Under the pieces are notes generated by a model. That model had not been told where the DNA came from. It searched no databases and saw only the letters and a list, made by a program, of their open reading frames with translations. From Parachlamydiales bacterium (GTDB taxonomy: Bacteria; Chlamydiota; Chlamydiia; Chlamydiales; Parachlamydiaceae), in NCBI GenBank assembly GCA_020051075.1, contig JAGVJP010000088.1:48022-68021 (forward strand): 20,000 nt of DNA, written 5' to 3'. Positions 1-8,499 of this stretch are shown here, in pieces (the stretch's first letter is position 1; each line of letters starts with the position of its first letter). The translations under genes were made by a program, and so were the position numbers.

Positions 1-89
1 AAGAAGATGAATCCAGCCTACATGCGTCAGTGAAAAGTTGTGACTTAGGGGTCGACTGATTCGGTCCTAATTTTATTTTCTCGATTATG

Positions 90-238
90 ATCCTGCCCTA
101 TCTTTCCTATCCTCCCTATCCTGCTAAAAATTGACAGGATGGGAAGGATATAAAGGATGATGGTGCGTAAGATATTCGCTATCCTGCCCTATCTTTCCTA
201 TCCTCCCTATCCTACTAAAAATTGACAGGATGGTAAGG
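90..238. repeat. Dispersed hairpin repeat (family R1), two tandem units with 91-bp period
   Basis: The unit ATCCTGCCCTATCTTTCCTATCCTCCCTATCCT(G/A)CTAAAAATTGACAGGATGG(G/T)AAGG occurs at 90-149 and 181-238. Its reverse complement recurs at 11879-12001 and 18194-18346. Confidence 0.95.
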
Positions 239-336
239 CTGCAAGAAGGTGAAGATCTTAATCTGCTGCGTATGGATCCAAGTTTGGACTTCTGCAATTA
301 CCTCATAAAGTCCATTAAAACTTTTGAAATTACCTC

Positions 337-1482
337 TTAAAGCTCTAATTCTCTTGATTTTATTTTATTCATTTCAGCTTCCCATTTTCTCAAAAATTGA
401 GTTTCTACATCCACTACAAATTTTATATAAGCTGATTTCCTTTTACCTAATACTGGTTTGGTTTTTTCGTCCCATTGGACGATACTGTGAAAAAATAGAT
501 TTATCTCCCCTATTAAATGATCGAGAGAATCTTGAGCTGCAAGATGATGGAGGTATTCGTTATTGCATAGAGCTGGGGGCAGCTTGATTTTTCGTCCTAT
601 AGTGTTGGTGTCTATTGTTTTATTTTTGATCTCTAGTTTGGGAAAGGTCTTTTTGGCATCAAACCACCATCGAAATATTGTGTGAAGACCAGAGCCCAAA
701 CTGGCGCAAATTAGCTCATCAAATTTACGGTTAATCACAAGAATCAAAGTGTCATCCTCAAAGGTAATAGGTCCAACTAGATTTGTGTTTTGACTAAGTT
801 CAAGCCATTCAGAAACGCTGAGCCATGTTGGCTTTAAATCAGGGAGCTTTGCGCTTAACAAACGATGAATCGCATGACAACGAGTAAGTGATCTACTTTT
901 GCGTGGTTTAAAGCTTCTCGGGCAGGGGGGAATAGGCATGTCTATCGACACAGGAGGATAAGGTTCTGATTCATTTCGTGTGAGAGGTAATTCTGGTCTG
1001 ATCATTCGGTTTGTGCTACGTTCTGATGATGCTGGAGTTGTCCAATCAACATGTGGGAATGGATGTGCCTGATATGTGCACTGCGAAGTTGCGATTGTAT
1101 CATCTTGTAGTGAAGTTGTTGCGACGTAAGGTGAAGAAGAAGATGATGTGATTTGGGGAAATAAAACTGGATCCTCTATTGGAAATGTGCGGAAATTGGA
1201 TGACCTTGTTCTCCATACTTTATTTATGTCACTCGATGATGATATTTCGTCCGAATCATCTAGTAATGGAGATGAGAATACGATGCCTGATAATGAATCT
1301 GGCACTATGGCGCTTTGGCTGGAGGGCTCTAAACAAACCAAATCTGGAAAATCACATGAAGGGGTGTGTAAATCGGGACTTTCCCAAAAATTTCCGGACA
1401 CATTCAATTTATTGAAGGGGGAATTTTCTTCTTTGTAGGGTGGCGTGTCCCATATTGAGCTTAATCCTGATGTTGTTAACAT
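337..1482 (-). CDS. Hypothetical protein, paralogue 1 of a lineage-specific family; Ser/Pro-rich N-terminus, putative secreted effector
   Basis: 381-aa ORF with an AAGGT SD-like sequence upstream. The C-terminal ~190 aa align with the ORFs at 1701-2813 and 9653-10588 (KPxW, NRxFD, FRWWxD, IKLP..NxYLHHLA, VETxFLxKWE). Confidence 0.9.
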   Translation of the reverse strand: MLTTSGLSSIWDTPPYKEENSPFNKLNVSGNFWESPDLHTPSCDFPDLVCLEPSSQSAIVPDSLSGIVFSSPLLDDSDEISSSSDINKVWRTRSSNFRTFPIEDPVLFPQITSSSSSPYVATTSLQDDTIATSQCTYQAHPFPHVDWTTPASSERSTNRMIRPELPLTRNESEPYPPVSIDMPIPPCPRSFKPRKSRSLTRCHAIHRLLSAKLPDLKPTWLSVSEWLELSQNTNLVGPITFEDDTLILVINRKFDELICASLGSGLHTIFRWWFDAKKTFPKLEIKNKTIDTNTIGRKIKLPPALCNNEYLHHLAAQDSLDHLIGEINLFFHSIVQWDEKTKPVLGKRKSAYIKFVVDVETQFLRKWEAEMNKIKSRELEL

Positions 1483-1700
1483 TATATTATTACCTTGAAT
1501 TTATTAATTAATATAAGCATTTTACAACAAAAAATATATTTTGTATAGTCTATTTTATAAAGATTCAGCGGGGTAAAAAAGATAGAAAATTAAATAAGTT
1601 GAATTTTTTATTCATTTAAAAAATTCCAACTAAAGAACATAAAGGGAACGGACAAGGGACCGCAAGATGTTATTGGCGATAGCTCACGGGTAGGGCTGTT

Positions 1701-2813
1701 TCAGACTATAAATCCTTTGTATTGGGGTTTTACCTTATTCATCCCAGCTTCCCATTTTGACAAGAATAAAGTTTCAACACCCTCCACAAGTAGTTTTATT
1801 GAAGTTATTGTCTTATTTTGATGACTATTTTCAAATGTTTTTACAATATTGTGAAAAAATAGATTTATCTCCCCGCATAAAACATCGAGAGAGTTTTGAG
1901 TTGCAAGGTGATGAAGATACTTGTTATTGTGCAGACGTGGGGGCAGCTTGATTTTTCGTCCTATAGTGCTGGTGTCTATAATATAGTTTTTGATCTCAAG
2001 TTCGGGAGAGAGCTCCTTGGTGTCAGACCACCAACGAAATCGAGTATTTTTTGTAATTTGTCCTCTCTTTTCAGATTTATCGTCAGTAGTTTGAACGCCA
2101 TAATTCAAATAATCATGCAGTACGATATCAAACAAACGATTGACCGCAAGAATGATAGTGTTGTCTTTAAACATAATAGGTTTAACAAGATTTTCGTATT
2201 GTAGGAGTGCACTCCAATCAGAATCTATGACCCATTTAGGCTTGGAAGCAGGGAGTTGAGCGCTTAACAAACGGCGAATGGCATCACAACGAGTGATTGA
2301 TTTACAAGTTTTGTGAGGTTGTGAGATTATTGGCAAAGAAGGATAAGGTTCTGTTGGAAAAATGTTGTCTTGAAAGATAGGAAATTCTTTCGATGGTTTG
2401 ATTAATCGTTGAGTTTTTCTTGTCGATTTCGGCATCGATGAGAACGCCTCTCCTGCTGAAGTTTGATTGAAGGCTTCTTGCGACGTTGATGATGAAGGGA
2501 CATCAAATGAAATCGAAACACCGGAAAAAAAATCTTCTGGCGGATCGATTATGCTGAATGAGGTTTCTCCCCATTCTTGAAAAGCGGTTTCAGCCCATTC
2601 AAAAATCTCTGGATCGGAGAAAACTTCTTCTTCTTGTGAATAGTATAGATCTGCATCGACACTTCTAGTTTGTGGAGCCCCGACAGCGCTAAATGATGGG
2701 GTTTCCCATGGTCCGCAGGAGCTATTTTTCCATTCCTCTATCTCTGCCTGTGTGAGAGACGTTAAGTAGGACGTTGTCCTCCAGTCCCCCGTGTAAAAAG
2801 TATTTGTTAACAT
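1701..2813 (-). CDS. Hypothetical protein, paralogue 2 of the same family (tandem duplicate)
   Basis: The ORF track starts at TTG 2843. I prefer ATG 2813 (MLTN...) because paralogue 1 begins with the same ATGTTAACAA (MLTT...). It shares the C-terminal motifs and blocks of DNA identity with paralogue 1 (e.g. TGTGAAAAAATAGATTTATCTCCCC at ~487 and ~1850). Confidence 0.9.
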   Translation of the reverse strand: MLTNTFYTGDWRTTSYLTSLTQAEIEEWKNSSCGPWETPSFSAVGAPQTRSVDADLYYSQEEEVFSDPEIFEWAETAFQEWGETSFSIIDPPEDFFSGVSISFDVPSSSTSQEAFNQTSAGEAFSSMPKSTRKTQRLIKPSKEFPIFQDNIFPTEPYPSLPIISQPHKTCKSITRCDAIRRLLSAQLPASKPKWVIDSDWSALLQYENLVKPIMFKDNTIILAVNRLFDIVLHDYLNYGVQTTDDKSEKRGQITKNTRFRWWSDTKELSPELEIKNYIIDTSTIGRKIKLPPRLHNNKYLHHLATQNSLDVLCGEINLFFHNIVKTFENSHQNKTITSIKLLVEGVETLFLSKWEAGMNKVKPQYKGFIV

Positions 2814-3014
2814 ATTAGTGTCTTTATTGATAGATAAAAACAATCAATATAAACAATAATTAGTATTTAATCAAATACAATTATCGATTGTCCGAAAAGT
2901 AAAGTAATTCCAGTACGACATTGTTTCATTAATCGAGAGGAAAACAGTTCACAAAGTACTTAGAAAGAGAAAGATGAAACAAATCGTCATGTAACACGAC
3001 ATCAAATAAACATA

Positions 3015-6000
3015 TTAACGCCTTTTAATCATTTTTTTTGGAGAAAAGCTTTGCTTCGACGAAGATGAGGATGAGCTAGCGGAAGCACTCGACGTCTTCT
3101 GCTTATTAGATGCCTCACGAGCCTCAAGGACTTTACCCCAATACAATTCTCCTAAAACGCTTAAAGAGACCTGTTTACGTACCATATCGGACTGTTCTTT
3201 CAACCCTTCCGTTTCGATCAAGCGATAGGTAACCAACATTCCCGGATCTATATTTTTGAGGATGAGCGCACATCTCGCTGCTTCGTTGAATTTCTTTTGC
3301 TTCAGATAGTACTGCAATAGGGCAAGGGCGATTTTACCTCGTTCCATGGTTGGGATCTTTGGATTAATCACCCAATCTTTGATGTTTGCTTCATGCCATT
3401 CCATTTGCTTGGTTTTTTTGGAGAGGATAGAGGTGTAGAGAAGGAAGCAGATAGAATCAGGGGTGTATGCGCGATGCTCCCTGATAATCGAATCTAACAT
3501 TGTAAATACCTGACCATAGCGTTTACGACGGAGATTTGTCATTGAAGAAACGATCGCGTTGAGGAGAGCTATTTCCTTACTACTATTTTTTACTTTTTGA
3601 CCCTCTTCTCCCCTCTTTTTTCTAAGCTCTACTTCCTTTTCCAAATAGGACAAAGCCTCTTTAAATTGACCGCTTCGACTCAGAGCTGTTTCGAGGTTGT
3701 TATATATTGTTGGCAGCAGTGGGTGATCTTCGGTTAAATCTCCTCTAGATTCCAACATCTTCTTCAATAGTTTGACAGCTTTTTGGTGATAACCAACGTT
3801 GGTTAGAGCATTGGCTAAATTATTGCGGTGTCTAATCGCATTAGAATGGTCTTCTCCATATTTCGCCACCTGCCAATCGAGAACTTGCCGTTCGAATTGT
3901 AACGACTCTTTAAAGCGTTCCAGTTGTTTCAAGGTGATGCTAATGTTGCTGAGGATATTTCCAATGGTTGTATGATTGTTACCGTAGATCTCTTGGAATA
4001 TTTTTAAAGCAAGTTTTTGATGAGCCAATGCTGTTGCTTTATCTCCGAGATCTGCTTCCGTAAAACCCAAATTATTGTAACTCATCGCAACGTCGGGATG
4101 AGATTCTCCAAATATTTTAAGTCTGATTTCTAGAGCTTTAACGTGATGATTTTTAGCTTTTTCCAGTTGATCAAGGTGATTAAGATTATTGCCTAAATGA
4201 TAATATACGTCAGCTACAACAGGATGGCTCACTCCATAATATCCTTCTGCGTAGACCGATTGTTTGATTAATGCCTCGACAGCATTCTTCTCAAGGCCGA
4301 GGGAAGAATAAATAAAGCTGAGCCTGCCATAAGCAGAGATGATTGCAGGGTGAAACTGACCAAAAGCTCTTTCGAGTTGTATGATGAGCTTTTTTTGCTT
4401 GTCCAGTTGAGGGATAAGATGATAAGCAGTTGCTATTGCCTCATGGATGAGCACTTTGGGGTGATCCGGCCGTCTGTAGATCGAGATTAATATTTTTCTC
4501 GCCTCTTCCGACGCAGTTTGTGCAAGAGGATAATTGCGATTCTCCTCATAAGCAATTTTCGCTTCCAACTGGGGATTTTCGGCAGCGCTGTGGTCGACTA
4601 TCAACTGAGAGAGTGGATCCTTCGGCTTGCTGCGGGTTCTTTTCTTTGTAAGGCTTTTAGCAAATTCAAGATATTCTTTAGCCTTAGAAAATTCTTCTCG
4701 GTTGAGTTGAAGGTGACTTTGTAAACGATAAGTGACTTCAAGCATTTTTTGATGTGCGCTGATTTCTTTTTCTAATGTCTTTATTTGCTTGCGGATGCTT
4801 TCGTCTGGCATGTGAACACTAGAACTTGAAGAGGAGCTCTGTAACGAAGAAAGTCCTTCACCCGGAAGAGAAACCTGCTCCTTCAAGGCAGAGAGCCGGT
4901 TTTCTTTTTCTTCTAAAGCACTTTTTAGAATCGTTTCAGCTTGGAAATAGGCTGCTGCCGCTCCCGTTTCATCATCCTGGATTTTAGCCTGTTGTTTTAA
5001 TATGCTCCCGATTTTGGTGTGCAGACGTGCCTGCAATAGGGGGCTCTCTAGATGGAAAGTGAGAGCTTCTCGAAAATGTTCGAGCGCATCGGTATATTGC
5101 GCCAAAATGAATTTAACATCTCCCAAAAGTTCTAAAGACTCAGGAGTCTTTTCCGTTTCTTGTTCTAGTGCTCCTTCGGCTGCGAGAAGATCGTTAAATC
5201 GATTTGCGATGACACCTTTGATATAGAACGAATCATTGTAAAATCGTTCTTGTTGCAACGCTCCAACGGGATTTTCATCAGCATTCGCGAGTGCATAGAA
5301 CTTCGTCATCGCTTGCCAAAAGGGGATAAGTCGATAATAAAGGGGGGAAATGACCACTTTATTGTCTTCAATATCCTTGGCTTGATGTTGTCCATAAGAG
5401 AAGCAAAGGGACAGACGAAGTTCTTGACCTAGCATGAGCAGCTCTTTCAAATCTTGAGCGCCTCCTGGGGTCAGGACCCCCCTCTCCTGGAGTTCTTCAA
5501 CTCTGCCCCAGCTTGTGCGGCTCTTAAGATTGTAATAGTCAGCCAAACCATTCATCATCGTATTCATGAACCGAGATAAGTCGTTGTTGAGCTGGTCGAA
5601 TTTTCCTACAGTTTCTTCTTCAAAATCAAGAGTGAAAGGTTGCAGATCATCTTCCATTAGGATCAACGCCCTTTCTTGTCGCATTTCCGGAGTGAGGTTC
5701 GTTTGTACAAGGGTTTCGAATTCAGTAACAAGAGTTTCGCCCTCTGGCGATCCTGTCACAAAGACAACGTTGCTGAGGAGCGTGGGGAGGTGAATTCTTT
5801 CTAGAGCCCACAATTCATTTTTGGTTTGATGTAAGTGGCGTGCCAATTTCTTTACGTTGTGAATTAATGGACGTTGAGATGACGTGTAGCTGTATTGCCC
5901 AAAACGAAAGCCCCGCGGGGTGATGTCGTCAGACAGCCAAGATAGCCTTCTGATGTTGAACTCTGATAGTGGCGATTCCTCTAATTTGATGATTTCAACA

Positions 6001-8066
6001 TGGAGGTAGGTGGCGAGATCGATAAAATAATCGATGTTCTGTTCATTTTGAAGCACAATGGAAAGTTCAAATTTAGAATAGGGGGTCATCTCTTCGTTAA
6101 GGGAGCCCAGAGCGATGACGGCAAATTCGCAAGGAGGAAGTCCTTTGACCTGTTCCATTAATTCAATGGCATCATCGATTAACTCACTCAGGAAGCGTTT
6201 CATTTGCATCGCCAACTCTTGATTTAGCGGTCGTAACGCTGCTGCCATTTCCTCAGAGGAAAGGTTTTGGTTTTTTATTACTTCGAATTTGGCTTTGTTC
6301 TCCTCTCTGATCGCCTTGAGCTTAGCCTGGTTAGACTTGGCTTGTTCCATCCCTCCAATGATCACTTCAATGTCTTTTCTATCTGTTAACAACGCGGACT
6401 CAACCGTTTCAATCTGCGTTTCAAAATGCAGTAACAAGCTTGGATGGTTTTGACCATAATTCATTTCTACCTGCTTAGCATAACAGAACAATGCTGCTGC
6501 CTCAGGATACAACCCCTGATTGATGTAGACCTCTCCCAACCGGTCAAGTCCTTCGATGAATTCTCGGCAAACAAGCAGGACGCTTTGCAAATTATCGTTG
6601 AGCCGGAGCGATTCCCACTCCTTATGGCATTTTTGAAGCGCCTGAACAAGGCTGAGTTCGGCAGCTTTAAAATAACGAGATTCGATCAACTTTACAGCTC
6701 TTGTGTAGATCACCGTGGGATTGAGCTCTTTTTCAACCATCGAAATAAAAGATTGTTTGAAGAATGATTCACTGTCTTCGGGGCAGGCGAAAAAGATCCG
6801 ATGGAAGTTTTTAAGAAAAGAGCCTTCATATAAGTTGAATTTGTTTTCAAGGGCCTCAAGATATTGCCAACGCTCTTCTCTTGTCAATGCTTCGAGGGGG
6901 AATCCTGCAATATGTTCCATCAACGCTTTGACTGTTATAAAGTCCTCTGAAGCATGTGTATAGGGGTTCTCATAGTCGCCTTCTTTGATGCTGAGGATCT
7001 CTTCCCTAATTTCTGATGTTATCAAAGGGAACTCCAACAAACTCTCTTCAATCACATCATTGATTTGATAACCATTCTGCTTCATCGTTTCTTCGAGTAT
7101 TTCTCCCTTTGTCTGTTCACAGTTTCTGCTGCGCATAAAGCTTGGATGCCTGCAAGCGATTTCGTGATCATCTGACTCATGAGTGTCTTCAATAAAGATC
7201 ACAAGAGAATTTTTTGCTCGCCATTGATTCAATCGAGCTACGAAATGAGGCATTTGATCTCTTGCAATATCTAGAGCAGAGACGATGATCACATGCGCTT
7301 GATCTTGTGGGCGAGGAGGGGCTGGGTAGAACAGTTCTTGGATAGGAGTCTCCGATCCCGATTGAATGCTATGATGAGGGAAAGATTCTTGCAGAAATGG
7401 AGGAAGTGATTTCGGTTTAATGTTGATATTAAGCATGTTCCATGCATGCTCGGGCATACACTGAGGGAGATCAATGCCGAGATTTGTCAATAAACTGTCT
7501 GTGCCCCCGTTTAAATAAAGGAGGTTGATTAAGCCACTCCAACGCCTGTCAACCGGCATATGTTTGATCAATGTCTGAAGATAGCAGGCAATCGTCTCGC
7601 TAACGGTGTCCTTCCATGCATTTTGATTTTGATGGACTGCGTTGATCTCTTCAAATCCTCTAGCAGCTCCACTGACAGATTTTAGAGAGGCTGGACCTGG
7701 TTGGTACATGTTATACCTGTTTACAAGAATCCCTGTCGCTTCAGTGGCTGCTTGGATTGTTTGACTGAGTTCTAGATGATTAGCGAGGGAGAAGTTTTTA
7801 AACCGCTCTAGCGTTGCGGCGTTGTAGGAAATGGAGTAACCCCCTGTCTGTAGAGCGGTGAGGTCATCTTCCGATGGCTTTTGTCCATTGTTTAGGCATT
7901 GTTGGATCCGCTCTTCGCAGGAATGGCGCTCTATCGTGCTTTGAGCTGGAATGTTGATTAACTCATCGATGAGGCCGCGAAGCGATGGACCAGAAGAGCT
8001 CCCGGGAGAAGATGGATAAGATACATGTGTGATTGGCGGAGTGTTAGTCGATAAACTGCTGTGCAT
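3015..8066 (-). CDS. Large multidomain TPR protein (kinesin-light-chain-like TPR_10/12 repeats) with a DUF294/GlnD-type nucleotidyltransferase-like module; putative effector
   Basis: 1683 aa. It has ~42-aa TPRs (HPVVADVYYHLG, HPDVAMSYNNLG, HTTIGNILSNIS, HSNAIRHRNNLA, HPLLPTIYNNL), an NTase-like motif PPCEFAVIALGSLNEEMTPYSKFE, and a downstream substrate-binding-like helix bundle (SWGRVEELQERGVL...LRL). Both termini are Ser-rich. Confidence 0.85.
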   Translation of the reverse strand: MHSSLSTNTPPITHVSYPSSPGSSSGPSLRGLIDELINIPAQSTIERHSCEERIQQCLNNGQKPSEDDLTALQTGGYSISYNAATLERFKNFSLANHLELSQTIQAATEATGILVNRYNMYQPGPASLKSVSGAARGFEEINAVHQNQNAWKDTVSETIACYLQTLIKHMPVDRRWSGLINLLYLNGGTDSLLTNLGIDLPQCMPEHAWNMLNINIKPKSLPPFLQESFPHHSIQSGSETPIQELFYPAPPRPQDQAHVIIVSALDIARDQMPHFVARLNQWRAKNSLVIFIEDTHESDDHEIACRHPSFMRSRNCEQTKGEILEETMKQNGYQINDVIEESLLEFPLITSEIREEILSIKEGDYENPYTHASEDFITVKALMEHIAGFPLEALTREERWQYLEALENKFNLYEGSFLKNFHRIFFACPEDSESFFKQSFISMVEKELNPTVIYTRAVKLIESRYFKAAELSLVQALQKCHKEWESLRLNDNLQSVLLVCREFIEGLDRLGEVYINQGLYPEAAALFCYAKQVEMNYGQNHPSLLLHFETQIETVESALLTDRKDIEVIIGGMEQAKSNQAKLKAIREENKAKFEVIKNQNLSSEEMAAALRPLNQELAMQMKRFLSELIDDAIELMEQVKGLPPCEFAVIALGSLNEEMTPYSKFELSIVLQNEQNIDYFIDLATYLHVEIIKLEESPLSEFNIRRLSWLSDDITPRGFRFGQYSYTSSQRPLIHNVKKLARHLHQTKNELWALERIHLPTLLSNVVFVTGSPEGETLVTEFETLVQTNLTPEMRQERALILMEDDLQPFTLDFEEETVGKFDQLNNDLSRFMNTMMNGLADYYNLKSRTSWGRVEELQERGVLTPGGAQDLKELLMLGQELRLSLCFSYGQHQAKDIEDNKVVISPLYYRLIPFWQAMTKFYALANADENPVGALQQERFYNDSFYIKGVIANRFNDLLAAEGALEQETEKTPESLELLGDVKFILAQYTDALEHFREALTFHLESPLLQARLHTKIGSILKQQAKIQDDETGAAAAYFQAETILKSALEEKENRLSALKEQVSLPGEGLSSLQSSSSSSSVHMPDESIRKQIKTLEKEISAHQKMLEVTYRLQSHLQLNREEFSKAKEYLEFAKSLTKKRTRSKPKDPLSQLIVDHSAAENPQLEAKIAYEENRNYPLAQTASEEARKILISIYRRPDHPKVLIHEAIATAYHLIPQLDKQKKLIIQLERAFGQFHPAIISAYGRLSFIYSSLGLEKNAVEALIKQSVYAEGYYGVSHPVVADVYYHLGNNLNHLDQLEKAKNHHVKALEIRLKIFGESHPDVAMSYNNLGFTEADLGDKATALAHQKLALKIFQEIYGNNHTTIGNILSNISITLKQLERFKESLQFERQVLDWQVAKYGEDHSNAIRHRNNLANALTNVGYHQKAVKLLKKMLESRGDLTEDHPLLPTIYNNLETALSRSGQFKEALSYLEKEVELRKKRGEEGQKVKNSSKEIALLNAIVSSMTNLRRKRYGQVFTMLDSIIREHRAYTPDSICFLLYTSILSKKTKQMEWHEANIKDWVINPKIPTMERGKIALALLQYYLKQKKFNEAARCALILKNIDPGMLVTYRLIETEGLKEQSDMVRKQVSLSVLGELYWGKVLEAREASNKQKTSSASASSSSSSSKQSFSPKKMIKRR

Positions 8067-8228
8067 GAAAAGTCTCCTGATGGTTACGCGTTGATTTCAA
8101 ACTGATGGGGAATCGAGCTTTGGAAAATTAAAAATTATGCCAAGAGATTGTACATAGAAGAAAATAAAATAGCAAAACAGATCTTTGAATCGAACATTTG
8201 CTTATCTTGTAATGAGGTACGAGTGTTG

Positions 8229-8378
8229 CTAGTGTCTAATTGCATAAATAACTATGCGAAAAACTGCGCGAAAGCTCCCGCGGTTGAACGATTAGAAATA
8301 CAAGATGACTTACGATCAATTCAACCCCGGGGCTTTGGCGCAGTTTTGCGCGTAGTTATTTATGCGATTAGACATTAG
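8229..8378. mobile_element. 150-bp palindromic element / MITE
   Basis: Arms 8229-8288 and 8320-8378 are inverted repeats with 6 mismatches and 1 indel over 60 bp. The ends read CTAG...TTAG, compatible with a TA duplication. Confidence 0.8.
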
Positions 8379-8499
8379 TGTTCTGTTAAAACAGGTATTC
8401 TTTTAAACGATGAATTCCTTTATCCAAAATTAATTTTTTTTCTAATGTTATATTATGCATACTTGCTTCTTGTTTAAATTTATCAAAAGGAGATCCTAT

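Noticed and set aside
1..59. Possible 3' end of a + strand gene entering the window
   Set aside because: Two frames are open briefly (stops at 31-33 and 57-59), but the fragment is too short to support a call.
131..160. Perfect TTGACA -35 box in the R1 loop as a portable promoter
   Set aside because: No acceptable -10 hexamer lies 16-18 bp downstream within the repeat; the nearest TATAAA is only 12 bp away.
90..238. CRISPR-like repeat-spacer-repeat appearance of R1 doublets (also at 18194-18346)
   Set aside because: The 'spacer' is conserved between loci, the repeat is about 60 bp, there are only two units per locus, and no cas genes are present.
324..2204. Small + strand ORFs (324-587, 1148-1438, 1179-1415, 1757-1951, 1896-2204), two of which share YCEKIDLSP
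   Set aside because: They are antisense shadows of paralogues 1 and 2. Their similarity simply reflects DNA identity of the real genes.
2915..2987. Imperfect ~14-bp inverted repeat (ACGACATTGTTTCAT / ATGAAACAAATCGT) downstream of the TPR gene
   Set aside because: It is short and AT-rich with a 44-nt gap, which is too weak to call a terminator or operator.
8148..8378. 76-aa ORF
   Set aside because: It has a TTG start and is mostly a translation of the palindromic MITE, so it is not supported as a real gene.
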